A stretch of DNA of 58,268 nucleotides from an uncultured Candidatus Saccharibacteria bacterium (GCA_964483475.1 CAZAAH010000001.1:1-58268); one strand, 5' to 3'. Positions 8,652 through 17,480 are shown, counted from the stretch's first letter. A program made the numbers and translations. The notes: generated from the sequence alone by a model not told the origin.

Positions 8652-8960
8652 ATGAAAAAAATATTTGTCGTATTACTGCTTTTAGCCACTATGGTTCCTG
8701 CTTCTGTTTTAGCAACGAATCAATGGCATAGGGCAGCAAGGCATAGCAACTACCCAGTAAGTCGCACGCTAAGCCGTACTCAAAAACAGGATCGCAGCTT
8801 GGGAACAGGATTTTCAAAAAAGCAGGTATGTATTAAGGTAGTCCAGGGCATATTTCCAGGAAAGACGGTGATCAGTTGTTTTGACAGCGATAACGTCCCC
8901 TTCAATAATTTATACTGCCAAACCGACGCACAGGGAAAAATTACCTGTTACGCGCCGTAG
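8652..8960 (+). CDS. Small secreted protein (102 aa, 4 Cys)
   Basis: I use the internal ATG because the track ORF start (8601) lies inside the tRNA. The signal peptide is MKKIFVVLLLLATMVPASVLA. A terminator follows. Confidence 0.6.
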   Translation: MKKIFVVLLLLATMVPASVLATNQWHRAARHSNYPVSRTLSRTQKQDRSLGTGFSKKQVCIKVVQGIFPGKTVISCFDSDNVPFNNLYCQTDAQGKITCYAP

Positions 8961-8975
8961 ATTTGGCAACTAAAA

Positions 8976-9015
8976 CAAAAAGCTCGGGGGCCAACCCCCG
9001 AGCTTTTTGTTTTTA
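8976..9015. terminator. Bidirectional intrinsic terminator between convergent genes
   Basis: The hairpin AGCTCGGGGG-CCAA-CCCCCGAGCT is flanked by an A-run and a T-run. Confidence 0.85.
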
Positions 9016-9017
9016 CG

Positions 9018-9476
9018 TTAGTTTGCTAAAATTTCTATGCTCACCATCTTGGCCCCAAAATTTTGGGCCAACTTTTTTGACGGCATCCACACGTCAACCA
9101 TGTAATTTCCTTTTCTCGGATGCATCCGGTCTTCAACGGTAAACACCTTGCCCCCATACAATTTAGGAATTCTGATTTTTGTTCCAAAGGGCAACATATT
9201 ATTGGCTATGATACCATCTTTAACATGTTTTCCAGAAGCCGTAATAAATGGGGTGGCATCTGTTTCATCTGGAACACTGGCATAAGCTGTAGCAATCATC
9301 TTTAGGGTTTTTTTAACCGCAAAAGATGACTTATGTAAATCGCAAAATCTTCCGTGTTTGACAACTTTATCTGCCGAGGAATCAGCATTGATTATCTGGG
9401 GAGCCAAGGCTCCAGACATTATGGCAGCACAAACAGAACCTATCACTATAAAGCGAAATAATAGTAATTTATTCAT
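9018..9476 (-). CDS. 3D-domain (MltA/RlpA-like barrel) cell-wall protein with signal peptide
   Basis: The C-terminal part is ATAYASVPDETDATP..TASG..V..G.IA.....FGTKI.I......FTVEDR. I start at the ATG at 9476 (MNKLLLFRFIV...), because the track start is a TTG further upstream. Confidence 0.7.
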   Translation of the reverse strand: MNKLLLFRFIVIGSVCAAIMSGALAPQIINADSSADKVVKHGRFCDLHKSSFAVKKTLKMIATAYASVPDETDATPFITASGKHVKDGIIANNMLPFGTKIRIPKLYGGKVFTVEDRMHPRKGNYMVDVWMPSKKLAQNFGAKMVSIEILAN

Positions 9477-9602
9477 GGGAAAATTATTATTTATTAAAAA
9501 AACTCCTTTGCAGGAGCATAGCGATATGTTAGCATATTCAAGTAGCCTTGTCAATAGTCATACCATGGTTTTGAATTTTGTCAAATGATTAGATTTTAAA
9601 GC

Positions 9603-9630
9603 AAAAATCCCGTTTTTAAACGGGATTTTT
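9603..9630 (-). terminator. Terminator after the minus-strand tRNA cluster
   Basis: The hairpin ATCCCG...CGGGAT has flanking A and T runs. Confidence 0.65.
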
Positions 9631-9658
9631 GCTTTACTTTAACCTCAAACTTTAACTG

Positions 9659-9730
9659 AGCGGGCGAGCAGAATCGAACTGCCGTCTGGAACTTGGCAAG
9701 CTCCCATAATAGCCACTATACGACGCCCGC
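9659..9730 (-). tRNA. tRNA-Gly(GCC)
   Basis: The minus strand reads GCGGGCG...GGAGC-TTGCCAA-GTTCC...TTCGATT...CGCCCGC-T. Confidence 0.9.
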
Positions 9731-9834
9731 AGAAATTTTGCTTTGCAAAATTTAGTAAATAGTTATTAGTAATTAGTCACCAGAAATCTCGTTACTTATT
9801 ACTGAATACTAAAAATTTACTTTACAAATTTTTA

Positions 9835-9906
9835 TGCCGCGGGGGTGAATCGAACACCCGACCAATCGCTCTTCAGGCGAATGCTCTACCACTGAGCTAC
9901 CACGGC
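9835..9906 (-). tRNA. tRNA-Phe(GAA)
   Basis: The minus strand reads GCCGTGGTAGCTCAGTGGTAGAGC...loop CTGAAGA...GGGTG-TTCGATT-CACCC-CCGCGGC-A. Confidence 0.9.
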
Positions 9907-9913
9907 TTTTGTG

Positions 9914-9985
9914 TGGGCGCTATAGGATTCGGACCTATGGCCTTCTCGGTGTAAACGAGACGCTCTACCACTGAGCTAAGCGCCC
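9914..9985 (-). tRNA. tRNA-Val(TAC)
   Basis: The minus strand reads GGGCGCTTAGCTCAGTGGTAGAGC...TCTCG-TTTACAC-CGAGA...TCCGAATCC...AGCGCCC-A. Confidence 0.9.
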
Positions 9986-10000
9986 TTGCAATAATAAAAG

Positions 10001-10082
10001 TGCGGACGGTGGGATTTGAACCCACATGCCTTGCGGCGCTACCACCTCAAGGTAGTGCGTATGCCAATTTCGCCACGTCCGC
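10001..10082 (-). tRNA. tRNA-Leu(GAG)
   Basis: The minus strand reads GCGGACG...CTACC-TTGAGGT-GGTAG, then a long variable arm, then TGGG-TTCAAAT-CCCA...CGTCCGC-A. Confidence 0.9.
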
Positions 10083-10086
10083 TTTT

Positions 10087-10512
10087 TTATTTTGTTTCGG
10101 TATTCTCTGGAGCAACTTCTATTTTTTCTGAAACTTGTGGTTCTTGATCGGCAATGATGGCAGTAAAATCCTTATTTTTTAATTTTAGCTTTCTCCCTTT
10201 TGCCTGCCTTAAATAATAGAGCTTTGACCTTCTTACTTTGCCAGATCTAACAACCTCTATTTTGCTTATTAAAGGTGAGTGGATGGGAAAAATTCTTTCC
10301 ACTCCAACCCCGTCAACCACTTTCCTTACGGTAATGGTAGCCGAAATTCCTTGGCCATGCTTTTTGGCAATTACCACTCCCTCAAAAATCTGTATTCTTT
10401 CCTTTCCGCCTTCTTTTATCTTTTGGTGGACTTTAATAGTATCGCCCGAGTGGATATCGGGCAAATTTTTACTTAAGTTTGATTGATTTAATTGTTCTGT
10501 TTTTGTTGTCAT
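10087..10512 (-). CDS. rplS: 50S ribosomal protein L19
   Basis: It contains GD.I.V...I.EG.KERIQ.FEGVVIA....G...T.TVRK...GVGVER.FP.HSP. Confidence 0.95.
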   Translation of the reverse strand: MTTKTEQLNQSNLSKNLPDIHSGDTIKVHQKIKEGGKERIQIFEGVVIAKKHGQGISATITVRKVVDGVGVERIFPIHSPLISKIEVVRSGKVRRSKLYYLRQAKGRKLKLKNKDFTAIIADQEPQVSEKIEVAPENTETK

Positions 10513-11201
10513 AATTTTTTAATTATTTTTTCTAAATCTTCGGGCAACTCCGAGGAAAATTCTTTCATTTCGCCATTGGGCATTTTTATTTTCAGGCACG
10601 AAGCGTGGAGGAATTGCCGTGTCAGCCCTTCGGGGACTGGCGAATCCTTAAACCCATACATAATATCGCCGGCAATGGGATGGTGGATGGAGGCCAGGTG
10701 GCATCTAATTTGGTGTTTTCGACCGGTCTTTGGCATCACCTCCAGCAGAGTATAATGCTCAAATTTTTCCAAAACTCTATAATCGGTAATTGCCTCCCTT
10801 AGCCCAACTTTCTTTTCATCAAGAGCATAGGCTTTCTGTTTTCTTGGATCAGCCGGCGAACGCCCCATCAGTGTTTCAATTTTACCAGAATCTTCTTTTA
10901 TTACACCTGTCGCAAGAGCTAAATATTTCTTTTCTACCTCCCTATTTTTATACTGATTTTGAAAAAAAGTCAACGCTTCGTTGGTTTTAGCCACCAACAA
11001 AATCCCCGAGGTATCCTTGTCCAAACGGTGAATAATTCCATACCTCGGCGCTTCCCCAACGTTCTTCAATTCCGGTTTTTGCTCGATAAGCGCGTCAATT
11101 AATGTATTTTCCATCGTCTGACCCTCGGGAAAAACGACTATCCCGGCAGGCTTATCCACCACCAACAAATCACCATTCTCATAAATAATTTTAATGTCCA
11201 T
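10509..11201 (-). CDS. RluA-family pseudouridine synthase
   Basis: It contains [21 protein letters not shown] and KHQIR.H. It overlaps rplS by 4 nt. Confidence 0.9.
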   Translation of the reverse strand: MDIKIIYENGDLLVVDKPAGIVVFPEGQTMENTLIDALIEQKPELKNVGEAPRYGIIHRLDKDTSGILLVAKTNEALTFFQNQYKNREVEKKYLALATGVIKEDSGKIETLMGRSPADPRKQKAYALDEKKVGLREAITDYRVLEKFEHYTLLEVMPKTGRKHQIRCHLASIHHPIAGDIMYGFKDSPVPEGLTRQFLHASCLKIKMPNGEMKEFSSELPEDLEKIIKKL

Positions 11202-11466
11202 TCTTTTTATAATAAAGAAAATACTGTATTAAGGTTACGCCCCACATTATTAGTCCAATAGCAAATGAAATGAGTGGCAGATAAGCATGGGTTAAAATAA
11301 AAAAGATTATTTGAGAGACATAAAATCCAATCGCGATAAGTATAGTAAGTAATGGCTGTCCTGATTGTTTTTCCCTATAGTTTTTGACAATTTGAGCTGG
11401 GATTCCAAGCAGAGTTAAGGCCAACGAAAAAATGCTTACAAAAATACTAACGATAAAAATATCCAT
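11191..11466 (-). CDS. Small 3-TM membrane protein, PQ-loop/SemiSWEET-like
   Basis: The 91-aa protein has three hydrophobic helices and GIPAQIVKNYREK after TM1. Its start codon overlaps the encoded CCA of the upstream tRNA-Val. Confidence 0.45.
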   Translation of the reverse strand: MDIFIVSIFVSIFSLALTLLGIPAQIVKNYREKQSGQPLLTILIAIGFYVSQIIFFILTHAYLPLISFAIGLIMWGVTLIQYFLYYKKNGH

Positions 11467-11540
11467 GGTGGGCGCTATAGGATTCGAACCTATGACCCTT
11501 TACACGTCAAGTAAATGCTCTACCACTGAGCTAAGCGCCC
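11466..11540 (-). tRNA. tRNA-Val(GAC), CCA encoded
   Basis: The minus strand reads GGGCGCTTAGCTCAGTGGTAGAGC...TTTAC-TTGACGT-GTAAA...GGTTCGAATCC...AGCGCCC-ACCA. Confidence 0.9.
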
Positions 11541-11549
11541 GTATATTTA

Positions 11550-12398
11550 TTATGTTAAAGAGTATTGATTATTTTTATACTCTATAAACCCCTCTTTTTG
11601 CAATGTGTTGAGTACCATTTTAATCTCCGCTGGTTTTCTTTCTATACTTTTTAATAATTGGCCTTCGGTCATCTTTTTTTCTGCCAGATTTTTCAAAACA
11701 GCTCCCCTAATTTGTCGTAATGACCCTTCAAACTTTGACTGCACGGCGTAGTTTTTGTGGCGACGGTTGGGGTTACCGCCCTTCGACAAGCTCAGGGTGG
11801 ATCGCAAATGCGATCCATAATCCATGAGTGCCCAATGCCATTCTCTTGATTTTTTGACGGGCAATGCTAAATCTAACAACGGCAAAATTTCCTCATCGCT
11901 TACTACGTCGGCCTCGGGAAAAAAGTGGTGGATAAATACCCGGCGAATATTGGTTTCCAGGCAAACGAGCGGCCGATTGTCAGAAAAAATGCTCACGGCC
12001 TGGGCGGTGTATGGCCCGATTCCTGGCAACTCTTGAAGCGCTTTTGGCCCTTTGGGTAACTTGCCATCGTATTTTTCAACAACTTCTCGTGCCAATTTTT
12101 GCAGTGCCAACGCCCGACGATTATAACCCAACCCCTGCCAGTAGGGATATATCTTACCAAAAGGCGCCTTGGAAAGCACAGAAACGGTGGGAAACTTTTT
12201 AATGAACCTTTGGTAAAAGGGAACCACCCGGTCGGCCTGCGTCTGCTGGAGCATGATTTCAGAAACGAGAATTTTATAAGGATCGGTTGTTTCTCTCCAG
12301 GGAAAATCACGCCTGTTCTTTCGGTAAAACTTCCAGACTACGTTTTGGAATTTTTTAATATTTTCCCTTTCTATCATGCAATTTTTTTTCCAGCTCAT
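11550..12398 (-). CDS. MutY-like HhH-GPD adenine DNA glycosylase, without Fe-S cysteines
   Basis: It contains SEIMLQQTQ, GLGYN.RA, LPGIGPYTA, ALMDYG and F.GS.RQIRG. There are no Cys where the 4Fe-4S loop normally sits, and the C-terminus is short and helical. Confidence 0.75.
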   Translation of the reverse strand: MSWKKNCMIERENIKKFQNVVWKFYRKNRRDFPWRETTDPYKILVSEIMLQQTQADRVVPFYQRFIKKFPTVSVLSKAPFGKIYPYWQGLGYNRRALALQKLAREVVEKYDGKLPKGPKALQELPGIGPYTAQAVSIFSDNRPLVCLETNIRRVFIHHFFPEADVVSDEEILPLLDLALPVKKSREWHWALMDYGSHLRSTLSLSKGGNPNRRHKNYAVQSKFEGSLRQIRGAVLKNLAEKKMTEGQLLKSIERKPAEIKMVLNTLQKEGFIEYKNNQYSLT

Positions 12399-12684
12399 TC
12401 ATGGTTGATAAAAATTCTTTTTCAAGGTCAATCTCCAATTCTTTTGAAATGATAATAATTGACCATAGGCAATCAGAAAGCTCACGGGCCAATTTCCTGT
12501 CAACGCTATCACTATGGCGAAAGTTTTCCTTAGCCATGACCAACTTCATCAAATCTCCCACATCCCCCACCAATCCTTGCAGGTACTCACCAACGCCCCA
12601 CGTATTATACTTTTGCTGCTTATTAAAAATCCGGTAGGCCTTTTGGATTTCCTGGGCTCTTTTAATAATACTCTTGAATTCCAT
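12355..12684 (-). CDS. MazG-like nucleotide pyrophosphohydrolase
   Basis: The 109-aa all-helical protein contains L.GLVGDVGDL.K....KE and LARELSD.LW..I. It overlaps the MutY-like gene. Confidence 0.7.
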   Translation of the reverse strand: MEFKSIIKRAQEIQKAYRIFNKQQKYNTWGVGEYLQGLVGDVGDLMKLVMAKENFRHSDSVDRKLARELSDCLWSIIIISKELEIDLEKEFLSTMNELEKKLHDRKGKY

Positions 12685-12694
12685 GTCTTTAATG

Positions 12695-12766
12695 TGGACC
12701 CGGCTGGATTCGAACCAACAACCAATCGCGTATAAGGCGAGTGCTCTGCCGTTGAGCTACGGGTCC
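12695..12766 (-). tRNA. tRNA-Ile(TAT) (reads AUA)
   Basis: The minus strand reads GGACCCGTAGCTCAACGGCAGAGC-A-CTCGC-CTTATAC-GCGAT-TGGTT-GTTGG-TTCGAAT-CCAGC-CGGGTCC-A. The anticodon is TAT. Confidence 0.8.
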
Positions 12767-12776
12767 ATAAAGCAGG

Positions 12777-14627
12777 TTACCCTACTTTATTTTTGCTTTT
12801 TATTCCCATCAACTTTTCAAATTCTTCCCTTTCAATCGTCTCTTTTAGAATGAGTTCTTTTGATATTTTAATCAGCAAGGCTTTTCTTTTTGCCACAATC
12901 TCTTTTGCCTTTTTTTCTCCCGCTTTTATAATCTCTTCCACTTCTTTATCAATCTTAGAGGCTACCGACTCCGAATAATTCCTCTGCTCTGAAATTTCCC
13001 TGCCCAAAAACACCAGCTCATCCTTGTCCCCAAAGGCAATCGGCCCAAGCGATGACATGCCATACTCCTTAACAATTCTGCGGGCAAGCTCGGAAGCCCT
13101 TACCAAATCATTGGAGGCTCCTGTTGTCATTTCACCAAAAATCAAGCGCTCGGCGCAATACCCTCCCAGCAACGTAGCAATTTCGGCCATAAATTGGGTT
13201 TTGGTTTTCATTTTGTTTTCTTCAGAAGGAATTTGCAGGGTGTAGCCGCCGGCCATCCCCCGAGAAATAATAGAAATTTTCCTTACCGGCTCGGTTCCCG
13301 GAATTGAACTGGAAACCAAAGCGTGGCCGGCCTCGTGGTAAGCGGCAATTTCTTTTTCTTTTTTGGACAACAAATGGCTCTTCCTTTCTGGTCCAAGCAA
13401 CACTTTTTCAATGGCTTCCAAAAATTCATTTTGGGAAACTTCTTTTTTGTTTCTTCTGGCGGCCAGCAAGGCGGCTTCGTTGGCAACGTTGGCCAGGTCA
13501 GCTCCGGAAAAACCTGGCGTCCGTTCGGCAATTTCTTTAAAGTGGATATTTTGGGCCAGAGGTTTTTCTTTAGAATGGATTTTCAGAATTTCTTCGCGGT
13601 CGTGGACATCGGGAGGATCCAAAACAATTTTCCTATCGAACCGGCCTGGTCTCAAGAGCGCCGGGTCCAAAATATCTCCGCGGTTGGTGGCCGCCATGAC
13701 AATCACCCCGGACTCCCTATCAAAGCCGTCCATCTCCACCAAAATCATGTTGAGGGTTTGCTCCCGTTCGTCGTGGCCTCCGCCAATGCCAGCACCCCTA
13801 TGCCTTCCAATGGCATCTAGCTCGTCAATAAAAATGATTGAAGGCGAAGCTTTTTTAGCCATTGAAAACAAATCGCGAACCCGCGCGCTTCCCACACCAA
13901 CAAACATTTCAACAAATTCAGATCCCGAAATAGAAAAGAATGGCACGTTAGCTTCTCCGGCCACGGCCCTGGCCAACAACGTTTTTCCTACGCCGGCCGG
14001 CCCCAACAACAAAACTCCCCGCGGAATTTTTGCTCCCATTTGTAAATATTTTTGGGGAAATTTTAAAAAGTCAACAATTTCAATCAATTCTTCTTTTGCC
14101 TCTTTTAATCCGGCCACATCCTTAAAAGTTATCTTTTGCTTGCCATGGCCTTCGGCGCCAAAAATCCTAGCTCTTGCCTTGGTAAAATCAAAAACCTGTA
14201 GAGCTCCCGATTTTGCCTGCCTCATCATGGTCCAAAGGAAAAATCCAATGACCACCACCGGCAAAATTCCATAAATCAACGCTGGCAGAAGCCACGACCA
14301 AACATCCTGTTGCTCTGGCTCGGCTTCAATATCTACTTTTTGCAATTTGGTTTTGTCGGCTCCCAAACTTACCAAAAGATCAGGCAACACGGAATTTGAC
14401 TCCTTCATTGATTCGGCCGTTTTGTTGTCTGTGTAGGTGATTTTGACGACGTCGCCCGCTACACTAATTTTTTTAACCTTGTCTTGGTTTAAATCTGTAA
14501 CCAGCTGGGAAAGGGAAATTTGGTTTGGTTTTTCGCCCGACAAATAAAAAAAGCTTAGCAATCCTCCGACCGCAACAAGAATCAAAACGACTGAAATAAA
14601 ATTTTTAAGTAAAGGATTTAGTTTCAT
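12777..14627 (-). CDS. ftsH: ATP-dependent zinc metalloprotease FtsH
   Basis: It has two TM helices, the Walker A motif GPAGVGKT, the SRH region and the HEAGHA zinc site. Confidence 0.97.
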   Translation of the reverse strand: MKLNPLLKNFISVVLILVAVGGLLSFFYLSGEKPNQISLSQLVTDLNQDKVKKISVAGDVVKITYTDNKTAESMKESNSVLPDLLVSLGADKTKLQKVDIEAEPEQQDVWSWLLPALIYGILPVVVIGFFLWTMMRQAKSGALQVFDFTKARARIFGAEGHGKQKITFKDVAGLKEAKEELIEIVDFLKFPQKYLQMGAKIPRGVLLLGPAGVGKTLLARAVAGEANVPFFSISGSEFVEMFVGVGSARVRDLFSMAKKASPSIIFIDELDAIGRHRGAGIGGGHDEREQTLNMILVEMDGFDRESGVIVMAATNRGDILDPALLRPGRFDRKIVLDPPDVHDREEILKIHSKEKPLAQNIHFKEIAERTPGFSGADLANVANEAALLAARRNKKEVSQNEFLEAIEKVLLGPERKSHLLSKKEKEIAAYHEAGHALVSSSIPGTEPVRKISIISRGMAGGYTLQIPSEENKMKTKTQFMAEIATLLGGYCAERLIFGEMTTGASNDLVRASELARRIVKEYGMSSLGPIAFGDKDELVFLGREISEQRNYSESVASKIDKEVEEIIKAGEKKAKEIVAKRKALLIKISKELILKETIEREEFEKLMGIKSKNKVG

Positions 14628-14678
14628 AAAATTAAGTTTAAAGCGAAAAATGAAAAGTGTAAAGCTACAACGTAAAAC

Positions 14679-15041
14679 TTAAAACTTTTTGCCTTTTAAT
14701 GTTAAAGTACTTGCTCCAAGCATGTTAGAAAGTTCATGAGTTTCTTGAAGAAGAATATCGGCTCTTTCCTTTTTTGCCTTTTTTGAATCCCTAAGAATTC
14801 CTATCCAAAACTTACTTTCATTAGCCGACTTTAGGGCATAAGCAAAAAACTTTGCGAAATCTTTTTTAGAACTACCGGCCTGGGCCTCTATGATATTAGC
14901 TCCAATACTTGTGGCGCTTCGTAACAATTGGGAACCAATAATTCTACAAGTTTGATCCTTTTCCAGTTCATCAATAAACTTAATAATGTCTAACGCATAA
15001 ATATATGCTCTTTCCTTCAATAATGGTTTTGAGTTTTGCAC
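14679..15041 (-). CDS. Four-helix-bundle protein (23S rRNA IVS / Avd-like family)
   Basis: The 120-aa protein contains QLLRSATSIGANI.EA.....KDF..F...A..SA.ES.FW. The start codon is GTG. Confidence 0.85.
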   Translation of the reverse strand: MQNSKPLLKERAYIYALDIIKFIDELEKDQTCRIIGSQLLRSATSIGANIIEAQAGSSKKDFAKFFAYALKSANESKFWIGILRDSKKAKKERADILLQETHELSNMLGASTLTLKGKKF

Positions 15042-15077
15042 TTTAGTTTTTAGTTTTTAGCTTTTCGCTTTTAGCTT
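15041..15077. repeat. Period-8 quasi-repeat (TTTTTAG-type) abutting the four-helix-bundle gene start
   Basis: The reading is ctttagtttttagtttttagcttttcgcttttagctt. Confidence 0.6.
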
Positions 15078-15123
15078 ATGGTGGTAATCCTACCATTTTT
15101 AAAATTAATTTTCAATTGATTTG

Positions 15124-15172
15124 CAAAAAAAATGGCGTTGGAAGTTTAGTCTTTTGACAAACTTCCAACGCC
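15124..15172 (-). terminator. Intrinsic terminator of the 706-aa gene
   Basis: A 14-bp stem GGCGTTGGAAGTTT / AAACTTCCAACGCC is followed by a T8 run on the minus strand. Confidence 0.85.
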
Positions 15173-15202
15173 CTCAGCGATTTCGGAACTCACCCCGAAG
15201 GA

Positions 15203-17323
15203 TTATTCCGAACTATCACCGTTGTTGGTTGACACTGCGACTGGCGCTACTGACGCCGTCTCTCTTTCTTGGTCAAATCGCACCTGAAGCGATGCCTCTA
15301 CCATTTTGTATGTCTGGTAGAGAGACCCCTCTATCTTGTCGAGCTGAACCAACTTGACCGCCTTTCTATGATCGGTCGCTGATTGATCCAGCTCCAGAGG
15401 AATCTCCTCGCCAATCAACTCTGGAGAGAATTGATGGCTGGAAGTGATGGCCGACAGAAAAAGCTTGCCACCTTCTTCCTTCCGTTCAATGGCGAGAGCT
15501 ACAAACCCCGGTCTTCTCTTTGGTTTTCCCCACAAGAAACGCTCGTGGTAGACTGCCACCGCTCCGACTTTTCCCTCGAACAAAACCTTCGTGAGATCCT
15601 GTTCCTCGGGATCGGAAAGTGTGGCAACGTCCGTGACCGGCTTCAACCGTTCTTCCTGAGCCCTAGACTCATCTGCGGCAGAAACTTCTTGTTTCTCTTT
15701 CTCCGCTTCGCTTTCCTTCAAGCGGCGGAACTCTGCCCCGAGCGCCTTTTTCAGCACAAGAGGCAGTTTAGGCCATTGTTTAGAATCCTCGAATTCTCCG
15801 CAGAGTGGGATTATCTTACCATCTTGGTATTCCCATTTGACCTCAACGCCTTCCATGCCGAGAATCTGGGCCAACTCTTCGTCATCCACCGTTGTCACAG
15901 AAATCATGATTGTCCCATCATCTTTTTGCCTTCTCGACAACTGGACAGTTGACTCCTGTTTGGCGATGTAGGTGCTGACCACCACCCCACCTTCTTCGTG
16001 GTTGTGTCTGAAGCCAGGTGCTATCTTCATGGCGTAGCACCCGACCATTCCCCAGTAGTAGAACTCCCTGGAAGTCATCAGTTCACTTGGGGGCTTAACT
16101 GGCCGCCTTCTTGGCGTACCGTTCGCGGGCGCTTCCTTGGTTTCAGTTCTCCTGCCATCGACGTCCTTGCCGTTTGAAGCCGTAGCACTCTCTTCCTCTT
16201 TCTTTTTCTGGTTTTCTGGCAGAAGGCGGTGGGGCATGGATCGCCCTGCAGCGTTCCTCACCCAACGGGTCATCTTGAACCCGCAGATGAACTCCTTTCC
16301 TTTACCAAAGAGGTACCTACCGTCACTTTCCTCTTTGCAGAGGTTCTCACCATCTTCGGTGAGAATGTGTGAGAGAAGGATGTAGGGTTCTTCACTCTCC
16401 AAATCCCTTCGGAGCTCCTTGAGATCCTCTTCCAGCATCTTCCCGATCACTCCCAAAAAGTAGAGGCGACCTCCAATCCTCCGAAGTTTGATGGCGTTCT
16501 CGTGGGGACCGTGCGTCCAAGAGAGTACCGTAGTCTTCTCGTTGACTTCGCTCTCTTCACAAAAGAACAACTCTTCGTTCGTCACCACGGTGTCATCTGC
16601 AACCATCTCGTTCTTCTTCTGTTCTTTTTCTTTTTCCTGGTTTTCCGCTATCTCTCTTGCCCGAGTATGAGCAGCCTCTGCCAGTTTGATTTTGGCAAAG
16701 TCATGGTATCGGCCGAACACATCCTTATTCAGGTTGTATCCAAGGCCGAAGACCCTGACCAAAGCATTTGCTTTGTTTTGGACTGCAGAGAAAACCTTCT
16801 TTTCCCTTCCGACGCCCTCTGTGGCCGCGTTGATCATCTCGATCAAATCGCTCTTGTCTCGTGCGTGACGGAGTTCAAAAGAAAGTTTTCCGATCTCCGC
16901 ACAGTGACGGACACGCAGACACATTGCCTCAATGAAGGGCCTGCGTCCTTCCGCTTCCGCCTCTACCTGAAGAATGTCGTCCGGGTCGTTCTCGGGACAA
17001 AACTGCCGTAGGTTGTTGATGTTCTCCTCGTGCTCTCTCCTGCTTTCTTCAGAATATTTCGGATCCAACAACACCTCTTCTCCAATCTCAATGACCTCTC
17101 TTTGCATCTCTGTAAAGAAAGTCATCTCTACCGTTGCGATCATGTCGTATGCCATCTCGGCCAGCGTGTTGACATGCTTTGCCAAGTCTACCTTGGCGAG
17201 CAAGCCATCCACGACTTTGGCCGTCCCTTCTGCCTCTCCCTTTTTTTTGAGAAGCAAGACCTTTTTCTTGCTGTTCTGTGGGAGAGTTGCCTTGGGCTTC
17301 TCAATGCACAACTTCTGAGCCAT
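15203..17323 (-). CDS. Orphan 706-aa protein, GC-rich gene
   Basis: The ORF is uninterrupted. The ATG is preceded by AGGAGAAAAAA. It has its own promoter and terminator. I see no catalytic or nucleotide-binding motif. Confidence 0.8.
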   Translation of the reverse strand: MAQKLCIEKPKATLPQNSKKKVLLLKKKGEAEGTAKVVDGLLAKVDLAKHVNTLAEMAYDMIATVEMTFFTEMQREVIEIGEEVLLDPKYSEESRREHEENINNLRQFCPENDPDDILQVEAEAEGRRPFIEAMCLRVRHCAEIGKLSFELRHARDKSDLIEMINAATEGVGREKKVFSAVQNKANALVRVFGLGYNLNKDVFGRYHDFAKIKLAEAAHTRAREIAENQEKEKEQKKNEMVADDTVVTNEELFFCEESEVNEKTTVLSWTHGPHENAIKLRRIGGRLYFLGVIGKMLEEDLKELRRDLESEEPYILLSHILTEDGENLCKEESDGRYLFGKGKEFICGFKMTRWVRNAAGRSMPHRLLPENQKKKEEESATASNGKDVDGRRTETKEAPANGTPRRRPVKPPSELMTSREFYYWGMVGCYAMKIAPGFRHNHEEGGVVVSTYIAKQESTVQLSRRQKDDGTIMISVTTVDDEELAQILGMEGVEVKWEYQDGKIIPLCGEFEDSKQWPKLPLVLKKALGAEFRRLKESEAEKEKQEVSAADESRAQEERLKPVTDVATLSDPEEQDLTKVLFEGKVGAVAVYHERFLWGKPKRRPGFVALAIERKEEGGKLFLSAITSSHQFSPELIGEEIPLELDQSATDHRKAVKLVQLDKIEGSLYQTYKMVEASLQVRFDQERETASVAPVAVSTNNGDSSE

Positions 17324-17415
17324 TTTTTTCTCCTGTCGCCGAGGGCGACGGAAAAATCTATTGTCTCCACAGGCGCGTCAAAAGACGCAAAATTAAATTG
17401 TGAAGAGCTGTTTCT

Positions 17416-17445
17416 TTTATATCACATATTCAATATTATTGTCAA
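17416..17445 (-). promoter_or_regulatory. Sigma70-like promoter (extended -10) of the 706-aa gene
   Basis: On the minus strand, TTGACA (17445-17440) is separated by 18 nt ending in TGA from TATAAA (17421-17416). The leader of about 95 nt has hairpins at 17375-17388 and 17335-17349. Confidence 0.6.
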
Positions 17446-17480
17446 GCATTTTAAGGGTTTTGTAAGTTTTCGAATTTTTA

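Noticed and set aside
13363-14274. A 303-aa plus-strand ORF, with smaller ones at 13323-13820 and 13304-13540, antisense to ftsH.
   Set aside because: It lies entirely inside the unambiguous ftsH coding region. The translation is Ser/Pro/Lys-rich low-complexity sequence with no motif, RBS or promoter. It is a shadow ORF.
14679-17323. A diversity-generating retroelement: the Avd-like protein next to a large variable-protein candidate.
   Set aside because: No reverse transcriptase gene is present in the window. I found no template/variable repeat pair near the 3' end of the 706-aa gene or elsewhere. Only the Avd-like fold is present.
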